Of a DNA stretch of 64,000 nucleotides, positions 45,279 to 53,228 are shown in pieces. Source of the DNA: Eubacteriales bacterium (GTDB lineage Bacteria > Bacillota > Clostridia > Oscillospirales > CAG-272). The stretch's first letter is position 1, and each line of letters begins with the position of its first letter. The notes under the pieces were generated by a model. The model was not told the origin of the DNA and did not search any database. It was given only the letters and a program-made list of their open reading frames with translations. Location of the stretch: the NCBI GenBank assembly GCA_045632285.1, contig JAZQWJ010000051.1, positions 7,955 to 71,954 on the forward strand. Reading direction: 5' to 3'. Made by a program: the position numbers and the translations under genes.

Positions 45279-45307
45279 TTGACATTTCCGATCTGCTTTT
45301 TTATAAT
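45279..45307 (+). promoter_or_regulatory. Sigma-A promoter for TIM-barrel paralogs 3 and 4
   Basis: TTGACA, 17 nt, TATAAT. Divergent from the ADH gene. Confidence 0.7.
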
Positions 45308-45372
45308 GGAGGTAACTGCAAGAAAAGGACAGTCCCCTTGCGGAATTTTTGAAAACCTTGGAGGGTTTTATT

Positions 45373-46305
45373 ATGCTGAGAATTGGTGTGCAGTCTGCGG
45401 GCTGGTATAACAAGGACGATCCCGACGGCTCCTTTGCTTTTATCAAGTCCTGCGGCTTTGATGCAACTGACTTTAACATTGACCACTACCTGTCCACCGG
45501 CGCTCTTGCCAAGAGCCCCGATGCGCCCCACTCCTTCTTTGACAAGAGCATTGAGGAGATCCTGGAGTTCTTTACCCCTTTGAAGGAAGCCTCCGAAAAG
45601 CACGGTGTGGCCATTGCACAGATGCACGCACCCTTCCCGGTGTGGATCAAGGACCGCGAGGATATCACCGAGCACGCCCTGATGGCGGTTGAAAAGTGCC
45701 TGCAGGTCTGTGAGTACGTGGGCTGTCCCGCCATCGTGGTGCACCCCGTTGGCCGTTCCACCAAGGAAAAGGAGGTTGCCTGCAACATGGCGATCTATCG
45801 CCGCCTGATGCCCATGGCCGTTAAGACCGGGGTAAAGGTGTGCCTTGAGAATTTGTTTGGCACCTACAAGGGCCGTGTGATCGAAGGCCCTTGCGCCGAC
45901 GTGAACGAGGCTTGCTGGTATCTGGATACCCTCAATGCCGAGGCCGGCTGTGATGCCTTTGGCTTCTGCCTGGATATCGGCCACGCCAACCTGCTGGGCC
46001 GTAACATCAAGGAATACGTCAAAAAGCTGGGCAACCGTCTGACCGTGTTGCACATTCACGACAACGACGGCAGAGGCGATCTGCACGGCATGCCCTATAC
46101 CTTTACCCGCAACTGGGGCGCAGATTGGATCTGCGACTGGGACGGCTTTGTAGATGGTCTGAAGGAGATCGGCTACCAAGGTGCGCTGGGCTTTGAGACC
46201 TTCCGCGTGATCTGCTCCAACTTCCCCCGCGCACTTTGGCCCGAGGCACTGAAGCTGATCAGCGCAACCGGCCGCTACTGGGCAAGCCGCATTGAGGCGG
46301 AATAA
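45373..46305 (+). CDS. Xylose-isomerase-like TIM-barrel protein, paralog 3
   Basis: 310 aa from MLRIGVQSAGWY. GGAGGG RBS. AIVVHP, CLEN, DIGHAN, HIHDN, FET. Confidence 0.8.
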   Translation: MLRIGVQSAGWYNKDDPDGSFAFIKSCGFDATDFNIDHYLSTGALAKSPDAPHSFFDKSIEEILEFFTPLKEASEKHGVAIAQMHAPFPVWIKDREDITEHALMAVEKCLQVCEYVGCPAIVVHPVGRSTKEKEVACNMAIYRRLMPMAVKTGVKVCLENLFGTYKGRVIEGPCADVNEACWYLDTLNAEAGCDAFGFCLDIGHANLLGRNIKEYVKKLGNRLTVLHIHDNDGRGDLHGMPYTFTRNWGADWICDWDGFVDGLKEIGYQGALGFETFRVICSNFPRALWPEALKLISATGRYWASRIEAE

Positions 46306-46317
46306 GGAGCGATCGCC

Positions 46318-47244
46318 ATGTTAAAGGTTTGCGTACAGACCAGCGGCAGCGGCTTTAACCCCTACGATCCCGCCCCCGGCTTTGCACTGCTGAAGCAGTG
46401 CGGCTTTGAAGAGGTGGACTACAACACGGGCTATCTGCTGCCCGGCACTGCCATCACCAAGGGGCCGCTGACCGAGTTCTTCGATCAGGATATGGAGGCC
46501 ATTCTGGCCCATTTTGCCCCCATCAAGGCCGCCGCTAAGGAAAACGGCATCGGCTTTTCCCAAATGCACGCACCTTTCCCCGTGTGGGTCAAGGATAACG
46601 AGACGGTCAGTGCGTATATGATCACGGTGGTGGAAAAGCTCTGCCGCGTCTGCGCATTTCTCGGCTGCCCCGCCATCGTAGTGCATCCCGTCAACCGTAC
46701 CCTGAAGGAGGACGAGCTTGCCACCAACTTTGCGCTGTATCGGGCGCTGATCCCCGTGGCAAAGGAAACAGGCGTTAAGATCTGCTTGGAAAATATGTTC
46801 ACCAACTTTAACGGACATACCACCGAGGGTGCCTGCGCCGATGCCGCCGAGGTGTGCACGTATATCGACACCTTGAACGCCGAAGCAGGGGAGAATTGCT
46901 TTGGCTATTGTCTTGACGTGGGCCACGCCAATCTGGTGGGCAAAAAGCTGCGCGGCTTTGTCCGCGCGCTGGGTCACAGACTGACCGTTTTGCACCTGCA
47001 CGAGAACAACGGCATACTGGACCAGCATCTGGCCCCCTATACGCAGACCGCTGTTGTCAACACCAAAAGCGCAATGGATTGGGAGGGCTTTATCGGAGCT
47101 CTGCGCGAGATCGGCTACCGGGGAAGCCTCAGCTTTGAGACCTTCCACGCCACCAGCCTGATCCCCGCACCCCTGCGCCCTGCTATGCTGTCCTATATTG
47201 CCGCCGTCGGCCATTATTGGGCACAGCGCATTGACGCGGAATAA
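46318..47244 (+). CDS. Xylose-isomerase-like TIM-barrel protein, paralog 4
   Basis: 308 aa. MLKVCVQTSG, AIVVHP, CLEN, DVGHAN, HLHEN, FET. Confidence 0.8.
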   Translation: MLKVCVQTSGSGFNPYDPAPGFALLKQCGFEEVDYNTGYLLPGTAITKGPLTEFFDQDMEAILAHFAPIKAAAKENGIGFSQMHAPFPVWVKDNETVSAYMITVVEKLCRVCAFLGCPAIVVHPVNRTLKEDELATNFALYRALIPVAKETGVKICLENMFTNFNGHTTEGACADAAEVCTYIDTLNAEAGENCFGYCLDVGHANLVGKKLRGFVRALGHRLTVLHLHENNGILDQHLAPYTQTAVVNTKSAMDWEGFIGALREIGYRGSLSFETFHATSLIPAPLRPAMLSYIAAVGHYWAQRIDAE

Positions 47245-47256
47245 GATGCCTTTTAC

Positions 47257-47292
47257 CCCCGCACAGAGCAGAGGCTCCGTGCGGGGCTTCTT
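47257..47292 (+). terminator. Probable terminator after paralog 4
   Basis: CCCCGCAC / GTGCGGGG stem with a 14-nt loop, followed by CTTCTT. Confidence 0.5.
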
Positions 47293-47339
47293 GTAAAACG
47301 AAAACCACGCGATAGTCGCTTGGTTCAGTAGAGGTTAAC

Positions 47340-47995
47340 CGATGAACAGGAAATCCTCCGTTGTGATATAATGAGTTTGACCTGCCAGTCAAAACTAAAA
47401 AACACAACGGAGGATTTATCTATGAAAGAAGTTTCCACAGACACAAATAGTTTAGCACATACAACATGGAATTGCAAGTACCATATTGTGTTTGCGCCGA
47501 AATACAGACGAAAAGCATTTTTTGATGGCAACCGAGAAGAAATACGAGAAATATTGCGAAAATTATGCGAATGGAAAGGGGTGAGTATAGAAGGGGGAGA
47601 GGTGTGCGCAGATCATGTACATATGTTGGTGAATATCCCGCCCAAAATGAGCGTTTCGGGCTTTATGGGGTATCTGAAAGGTAAAAGCGCAATGCAAATT
47701 TTTCAAAGATGGGGAAATATGAAGTTTGCATACCGAAATCGCGAATTTTGGTGTAAGGGATATTACGTTGATACCGTGGGGAAGAACACGAAAGCAATAA
47801 AGGAATACATAGCGCAACAACTAAAGCACGATAGAGAAAGTGACCAGTTAGCAATGTTCGACCCACGGGACCCATTTATGGGTAGTAAGTAACCCATGCA
47901 TGACTGGCAGGTCCTCTAACGCGCACTTGTGCGCCGCCAGTGACGTAAGGGCTATGCCCGAAAATGAAATCCCCCCCGCTACGCGGGGGGATATT
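47340..47995 (+). mobile_element. IS200-type element (IS200/IS605 family, tnpA only)
   Basis: Y1 transposase gene flanked by structured ends: a 15-bp inverted repeat at 47351-47365 / 47403-47417, the hairpin TTTGACCTGCCAGTCAAA (47376-47393), its reverse-complement core GACTGGCAGGTC at 47902-47913, and the G/C hairpin at 47969-47992. Visibly AT-richer than its flanks. Boundaries are approximate. Confidence 0.7.
47422..47892 (+). CDS. tnpA: IS200/IS605 family transposase TnpA (Y1 HUH)
   Basis: HTTWNCKYHIVFAPKYRRK, the HUH motif DHVHMLV, and the catalytic Tyr region GYYVDTVG. Start MKEVSTD with a GGAGGA RBS. Confidence 0.9.
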   Translation: MKEVSTDTNSLAHTTWNCKYHIVFAPKYRRKAFFDGNREEIREILRKLCEWKGVSIEGGEVCADHVHMLVNIPPKMSVSGFMGYLKGKSAMQIFQRWGNMKFAYRNREFWCKGYYVDTVGKNTKAIKEYIAQQLKHDRESDQLAMFDPRDPFMGSK

Positions 47996-48102
47996 TATTT
48001 GTGGTGCTCCTGCGGAGCTGTGAGAGATGCGAGTAGGGCGCTGTGCGCCCGTCTCCGAGCAAGCTTTTTCAAGAGCTCCCCCAAAATTTTTATAAGGAGA
48101 CG

Positions 48103-49236
48103 TTATTCTCGCACGATCCTGCCTTCATCCACACCCAGGATCGTGGTGTCGTTGGCATTGCGCAGGATCAATCTTGCCTCGGGCTTGGTCAGCGCCAATC
48201 CAATGATCTGGTTGCCGTTTCCTTCGATGATCACGTCGCCGTCGGAGATGTTGTTCATCAAAACGTTGCCGTCGCCGCGCACGATCACCGCTGTGCCCTT
48301 GGTGTGTTGAAACAAATTATCACGGATACGGTTGCGGTTTCCGCTGACAAACAGGGCAGGGCAGGGGCGCTTTTGGGGCTGACGCTCTTTGTTTTCGGTG
48401 GCACTGTCCGCATAGTACCAGAACGTGCCGGGATCGTCAAAATTATTGCGCTCGACTGCACAGTTCGTGACCCCCAAAAGTGACACCGCGGCCTCTTGCG
48501 GGTGAGAGCCGGTAAAGCCGCCGCCGTTGCGCACAAAGTGAGTGGAGGCGATCTCTAAATTGTGGATGTGCTTGTCACGGCCGTCTACAAAAATGCCGTA
48601 ATAGGGGTTATCGGCAATGATACAGTCGCGGATACGCATGTAAAACGAGGCTCTGGGAGAAAAATAGATGCCTGTGCCGCAGCCGTCCATATTACAACGG
48701 GAAATGATGCAGGCATCAACCTCGGCTTCGCCCGTGGCCACAATGGCGGCACCAAGGCCGCAAAGCGACAGCTTGTCGATCTCGCACTGATCGGTGCGCA
48801 CTGCATCAAGGGCGATCCCCGCACCCGCCGTGGGGTTTTCAATGCTGAAAAAGGGGCGGGTATCCATGCCGGGGATGTCGCCCTGCACGCCAAGATCGGC
48901 GATCAGCGCGCCGCTGACCAACCCTTTGGTTCCAAGACGAATGGCGGGAAAACGCATACCGTTCAGGCGTATTTTGGTTCCAAAGCGACTTTCAAACACC
49001 CCGTTGGGGTCGGTGTTGCAGGCCCAGACCTCGCCGCAAAGCTTAGTAGAGCACAGATCGATCTTAATAGGCTCGGAAACGTCATAGCGGGCACAGGGTA
49101 GGGTCAATCTGCCGCCGCGGGCAGAAAGGGCATCAAGCCCCGCTTGAATGCCCGCAGTGCCGTCGGGCGCGGAAAAGGGCGCCTGCTCACTACCGTTGCC
49201 GGTACAATATGCAGTGGGATCAAAAAGACGAGACAT
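48103..49236 (-). CDS. Right-handed parallel beta-helix repeat protein (pectate-lyase fold)
   Basis: 377 aa from MSRLFDP with a GGAGGA RBS. Repeated hydrophobic/Gly/Asn rungs (NNFDD, GNRNRIRDN, GDGNVLMNN, GNGNQIIG). No signal peptide. Confidence 0.65.
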   Translation of the reverse strand: MSRLFDPTAYCTGNGSEQAPFSAPDGTAGIQAGLDALSARGGRLTLPCARYDVSEPIKIDLCSTKLCGEVWACNTDPNGVFESRFGTKIRLNGMRFPAIRLGTKGLVSGALIADLGVQGDIPGMDTRPFFSIENPTAGAGIALDAVRTDQCEIDKLSLCGLGAAIVATGEAEVDACIISRCNMDGCGTGIYFSPRASFYMRIRDCIIADNPYYGIFVDGRDKHIHNLEIASTHFVRNGGGFTGSHPQEAAVSLLGVTNCAVERNNFDDPGTFWYYADSATENKERQPQKRPCPALFVSGNRNRIRDNLFQHTKGTAVIVRGDGNVLMNNISDGDVIIEGNGNQIIGLALTKPEARLILRNANDTTILGVDEGRIVRE

Positions 49237-49376
49237 AACGGTCCTCCTTTTTTGTGATGATTTTATTGTAGCAGAAACGTGCAAGGATTGTCAAGCCGAA
49301 ACACAAAATATTCCACTTGCAATTTTCGCAAAAAAATGTTATAATATACTGGAATTTGTCGCAGAAAGGATGTAGT

Positions 49377-50177
49377 ATGACGAATTGGGCTTTGTGGGGC
49401 ACCATTGTTAACACAGGTGCCGTTTTGCTGGGCTCTCTTTTGGGCCTTGCCATTCGTTTTTTTGCAGAGCGCGCCGCACGCCGTTCTCAAAAAAACAGCA
49501 TTGACCCCTTGAGAGAGGAAAAACGGCCAAGCCGCCTTGCGTACGTGTCAACGGCGGTCCAAAACGGACTTGGCCTTTGTGCCATCGCCATTGGTATACT
49601 GGGCACCTTTGATCTTGACAGCGGCTACCGTTTGAATATTCCCATAGCCATTTTATCCGTGGTGTTGGGTGCCGTACTGGGAGAATTGTTGGGCTTGGAT
49701 GCACTGATCGGCCGCCTTGGGCGACTGATGGAGCAAAAAATGAAGGGGCGTGGCGGCCGCGTAGCCGAGGCTTTTGTTTCCTCCACGCTGCTGTTTTGTG
49801 TGGGCGCTATGACCGTCAGCGGCGCTTTGGAAAGCGGCATTGCCCATCAGCACGACACTTATTATGCCAAGGCCATGCTGGACTTGGTATCCTCAGTGAT
49901 CTTTGCCTCTACCTTGGGGATCGGCGTTTTGTTTTCAACGGTTGCGGTGTTTGTGATACAAAGCGGTCTGACGGGCGTTGCTGTGTTGGCAGGCACTGCC
50001 ATTCAGGGCTCGGTCATGGGCGGCGCGATCATTGCCGAAATGATCGGCGTTGGCTCGCTTTTGATCATTGCACTTGGCACCAATCTATTGGGGATGACCA
50101 AGATCAAGGTGATGAATCTGCTGCCCGCCATGTTTTTGCCCATCGCCCTGTATCCCCTTTATCAATTGATTTTTTAA
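49377..50177 (+). CDS. DUF554 family membrane protein
   Basis: Starts MTNWALWGTIVNTGAVLLGSLLG, the typical DUF554 N-terminus. Multi-pass hydrophobic profile. Confidence 0.7.
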   Translation: MTNWALWGTIVNTGAVLLGSLLGLAIRFFAERAARRSQKNSIDPLREEKRPSRLAYVSTAVQNGLGLCAIAIGILGTFDLDSGYRLNIPIAILSVVLGAVLGELLGLDALIGRLGRLMEQKMKGRGGRVAEAFVSSTLLFCVGAMTVSGALESGIAHQHDTYYAKAMLDLVSSVIFASTLGIGVLFSTVAVFVIQSGLTGVAVLAGTAIQGSVMGGAIIAEMIGVGSLLIIALGTNLLGMTKIKVMNLLPAMFLPIALYPLYQLIF

Positions 50178-50186
50178 GGAGAGTAT

Positions 50187-51260
50187 ATGGATCGATCATA
50201 TTGCCATCACGCGCCTGCAACCTTTGCATATCGGAATTGCGATCTGGTATTGCGCGTGATCCTGCCGGACGGAGAGGGCGATCTGATCGATCTTTTCCTT
50301 TTCTGGCAGACCGAGGGGGGCGAGGGCCGCTTGCGTATGCTGCCCGAGGACGGACTTTATGCCCGCGGTGAGAGCTATACGGTCTATGCCGCCACGCTCA
50401 AGGCCGCGGCGCTTCACGGCGCACAGCTGACCTATCATTTTGCCGGGGCGGGACTGGAGACCGAGCGCTTTTGCGTGCCGCTGACCGAGGAGGCGCAGCC
50501 GGATATGGGCGCCGACGTGGCCCCGTGGCCCCGGACGGCGCTTTCTCCCTTTGCCGTGTTGCCCCTGTCGGCAGAGCGAGTCTATCTTTCAAACGGAGAT
50601 CTTTTCATCCACCTTGCGGTGGCGGGAGAGGGGAACGCCGTCCCCCTTGTTTACGTAAAAAGCGGCAATGCCTTTTTGCCACATCGCGCCCATCCCTCTC
50701 GCAAGGGGCTTTATGAGGTCAGGATCCCTTACGTTGAGGCGGCAAGAGCGCCGGGGAGGTTGGCCTATTACGTTGCTGTGTCCGGCGGAGGCTGTACTGC
50801 CACGCTGGGCAGCGAGACGGCGCCGCTGTTTATCAGGATCGTGGATAATGCCGGCCCCACCGTTTTGTCGGTTGCTCCTGCCGAGGGGACGTGTGTTGGA
50901 GAGGAGCGTTGCCCTGTGATCTGCGTGAGGTACGAGGATCGCTCCGGCGTGGACGTCGGGCGATCGATCCTTTGTTTGGATGGCAGAAACGTTTCTGCAC
51001 GGACGGAATGGGGGCAGCAGGAGCTGCGCTTTCAGCCCCGTCGCCCTCTTGCCGACGGATTGCACACCGTGGAAATGGTGTTGCGCGACGGTCGCGGCAA
51101 TCGCACGCTTCGGCAGTTTGAATTTTACGTTGGCCACGCAGAGGGCACAAGCGCGCAACCGGCACAAGGAGCCGCACCCAAGGCGCACGCGATCCGCGCC
51201 GCGCTGTTTTTTGCCAAGGCCGCATCCACCTTTAAATCGCTGCTCCGTCCAAAAGAATAA
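50187..51260 (+). CDS. Ig-like domain protein (amylase-N-like N-terminus plus Big_5-like domain), no catalytic domain seen
   Basis: N-terminus CHHAPATFAYRNCDLVLRV resembles the N-terminal Ig-like domain of neopullulanase-type amylases. The later segment PTVLSVAPAEG...ICVRYED...LRFQPRRPLADGLHTVEMVLRDGRGN resembles SbsA/Big_5 Ig domains. AAGGAG RBS. Confidence 0.45.
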   Translation: MDRSYCHHAPATFAYRNCDLVLRVILPDGEGDLIDLFLFWQTEGGEGRLRMLPEDGLYARGESYTVYAATLKAAALHGAQLTYHFAGAGLETERFCVPLTEEAQPDMGADVAPWPRTALSPFAVLPLSAERVYLSNGDLFIHLAVAGEGNAVPLVYVKSGNAFLPHRAHPSRKGLYEVRIPYVEAARAPGRLAYYVAVSGGGCTATLGSETAPLFIRIVDNAGPTVLSVAPAEGTCVGEERCPVICVRYEDRSGVDVGRSILCLDGRNVSARTEWGQQELRFQPRRPLADGLHTVEMVLRDGRGNRTLRQFEFYVGHAEGTSAQPAQGAAPKAHAIRAALFFAKAASTFKSLLRPKE

Positions 51261-51302
51261 AGCCCAACGTCACGAAAACTCGTATACGTTGGGCTTTTTT
51301 GC
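51259..51302. terminator. Bidirectional terminator
   Basis: AGCCCAACGT / ACGTTGGGCT stem followed by T6. Confidence 0.8.
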
Positions 51303-51316
51303 TGCATTTTTTGCGG

Positions 51317-52180
51317 TTACAGTAAAATGGTCTGGGTGCCGTCGGCGGTGACGTAGTGCTTTTTCACCCCAAGCAGGTCCATCCACTTGCGGGTCAGCGC
51401 CACGCCGTACATACGGATGCGGCCACGCTTACGGAGCTTTTCGCGGTCGGCAAGCCAACCGGGGATCTCGGGCTCGGCATACAGCCAATCGCGGGCGCAC
51501 CACATGCAGGCCTCGGGCAGGATCTCAGCATATACGTGCATCTGCACGCACTCGTGACCGTGGTGGGCCATCTGCACGATGTCGGCCTTCAGCAGGTGGC
51601 GGGATTCGTCAAACAGGATGTCGCCGCCATCGGGGCCAAGGTCACCAAGAAACAGCACCGTCTTGCGGGGCGTGGTCACCTTAAAGACCATGGAGCTGTC
51701 GTTCATTGGATTGGCGTAAAGCCCCTCGTGGGTGGTGTAAAGCACGTCCACCTTCACCTCGTCAAACTCGTAATGATCGCCCTGCTGTGCAATATGCACG
51801 CGGTCGCCAAGGCAGGGTACCAAGCGGTTGAAGCGGGGGATCTGCTCGTTGAGCTCGTTTTTCATATATTGGGGATTGGGGGCCTCGTCCACGTGCTTCA
51901 TCCACTCGTCATAGTCGGGGAAGTGGTAATAAAGCTTTTCCAGGTCAAAGTCGGCCAGACCGTTCTTTTCCATCTCACTCATAATGCCCGTGATGTGGTC
52001 GCAATGGGCGTGGGTCAAAAACCAAGCGCTGATATGTCTGCCGCCAACGTATTCCTTCAGCAAAGGGATATCCTCGGGGCGTCCACCATCCACTACGATG
52101 CAGTTGTTCTGCTCGGTGACGATGACAAAGGACATCATATAAGGGCTGGTTTCTGTCAGCATATACATCGTTGTTTGCAT
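51317..52180 (-). CDS. MBL-fold metallo-hydrolase, tandem copy A
   Basis: 287 aa from MQTTMYMLTE. THAHCDH, LGDLG and MAHHGH motifs. GGAGG RBS. Coordinates come from ORF-track arithmetic and may be off by 1. Confidence 0.8.
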   Translation of the reverse strand: MQTTMYMLTETSPYMMSFVIVTEQNNCIVVDGGRPEDIPLLKEYVGGRHISAWFLTHAHCDHITGIMSEMEKNGLADFDLEKLYYHFPDYDEWMKHVDEAPNPQYMKNELNEQIPRFNRLVPCLGDRVHIAQQGDHYEFDEVKVDVLYTTHEGLYANPMNDSSMVFKVTTPRKTVLFLGDLGPDGGDILFDESRHLLKADIVQMAHHGHECVQMHVYAEILPEACMWCARDWLYAEPEIPGWLADREKLRKRGRIRMYGVALTRKWMDLLGVKKHYVTADGTQTILL

Positions 52181-52203
52181 GATCAATACCTCCGTTTTTA
52201 TGA

Positions 52204-53067
52204 TCAAAGAAAAATCGTTTGTGTGCCGTTGGCCGTAACGTAGTGCGTTTTTACGCCCAACAGCTCCATCCATTTGCGGGTCAGCGCAGTGCCGTACATA
52301 CGGATGCGCCCTTGCTTTTTCAGCTTTTCGCGGTCTTTTTGCCAATGGGCGATCTCGGGCTCGTCATAGTAATGCCGGCGCATGCACCACAAGCAGGCCT
52401 CGGGCAGGATCTCGGCATATACGTGCATCTGCACGCACTCGTGACCGTGGTGGGCCATCTGCACGATGTCGGCCTTCAGCAGGTGGCGGGATTCGTCAAA
52501 CAGGATGTCGCCGCCGTCGGGGCCAAGGTCGCCAAGAAACAGCACCGTCTTGCGGGGGGTGGTCACCTTAAACACCATCGAGCTGTCGTTCATCGGGTTG
52601 GCATAAAGCCCGTCGTGGGTGGTGTAAAGCACGTCTACCTTCACCTCGTCAAACTCGTAATGCTCTCCCTGCTGTGCAATATGCACGCGGTCGCCAAGGC
52701 AGGGCACCAAGCGGTTAAAGCGAGGGATCTGCTCGTTCATTTCGCGGCGGAAGTAATCCGGATTCGGTGCTTCGTCTGCGTGCTTCATCCACTCGTCATA
52801 GTCGGGGAAGTGATAATAGAGCCTTTCCAGATCGAAATCGGCGAGGCCGTTCTTTTCCATCTCGCTCATAATGCCCGTGATGTGATCGCAATGGGCGTGG
52901 GTCAAAAACCAAGCGCTGATATGTCTGCCGCCAACGTATTCTTTCAGCAGTGGGATATCCTCGGGGCGGCCGCCGTCCACCACAATGCAGTTGTTCTGCT
53001 CGGTGACGATGACAAAGGACATCATATAAGGGCTGGTTTCTGTCAGCATATACATCGTTGTTTGCAT
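52204..53067 (-). CDS. MBL-fold metallo-hydrolase, tandem copy B
   Basis: 287 aa. The first 81 residues are identical to copy A. Same motifs as copy A. Confidence 0.8.
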   Translation of the reverse strand: MQTTMYMLTETSPYMMSFVIVTEQNNCIVVDGGRPEDIPLLKEYVGGRHISAWFLTHAHCDHITGIMSEMEKNGLADFDLERLYYHFPDYDEWMKHADEAPNPDYFRREMNEQIPRFNRLVPCLGDRVHIAQQGEHYEFDEVKVDVLYTTHDGLYANPMNDSSMVFKVTTPRKTVLFLGDLGPDGGDILFDESRHLLKADIVQMAHHGHECVQMHVYAEILPEACLWCMRRHYYDEPEIAHWQKDREKLKKQGRIRMYGTALTRKWMELLGVKTHYVTANGTQTIFL

Positions 53068-53228
53068 AAGGCATCTCCGGAACTTTGATATCCTTATTAT
53101 AGCGCAAAGTTTCGGCAAATGCAATACAAATCAGGTTTTTTATTGCAAAACGAAGGGATGCGTGTTATAATAAAAGCGAATACCGCCGAAACTGCGGTGA
53201 TGCGCCAAGCGCGAGAAAGAGGTACTGT

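Larger units (their letters stand above)
51317..53090 (-). repeat. 887-bp tandem duplication (two MBL genes)
   Basis: The stop-to-stop period is 52204-51317 = 887 nt. Long, nearly identical DNA blocks (about 51490-51660 versus 52380-52560, and both 5' ends) contrast with diverged 3' coding ends. Confidence 0.85.

Noticed and set aside
47900-48310. A 136-aa plus-strand ORF downstream of tnpA as a possible TnpB-like or accessory IS gene.
   Set aside because: It is far too short for TnpB. Its sequence is R/S/P-rich and runs antisense into the 3' end of the beta-helix gene. It has no RBS.
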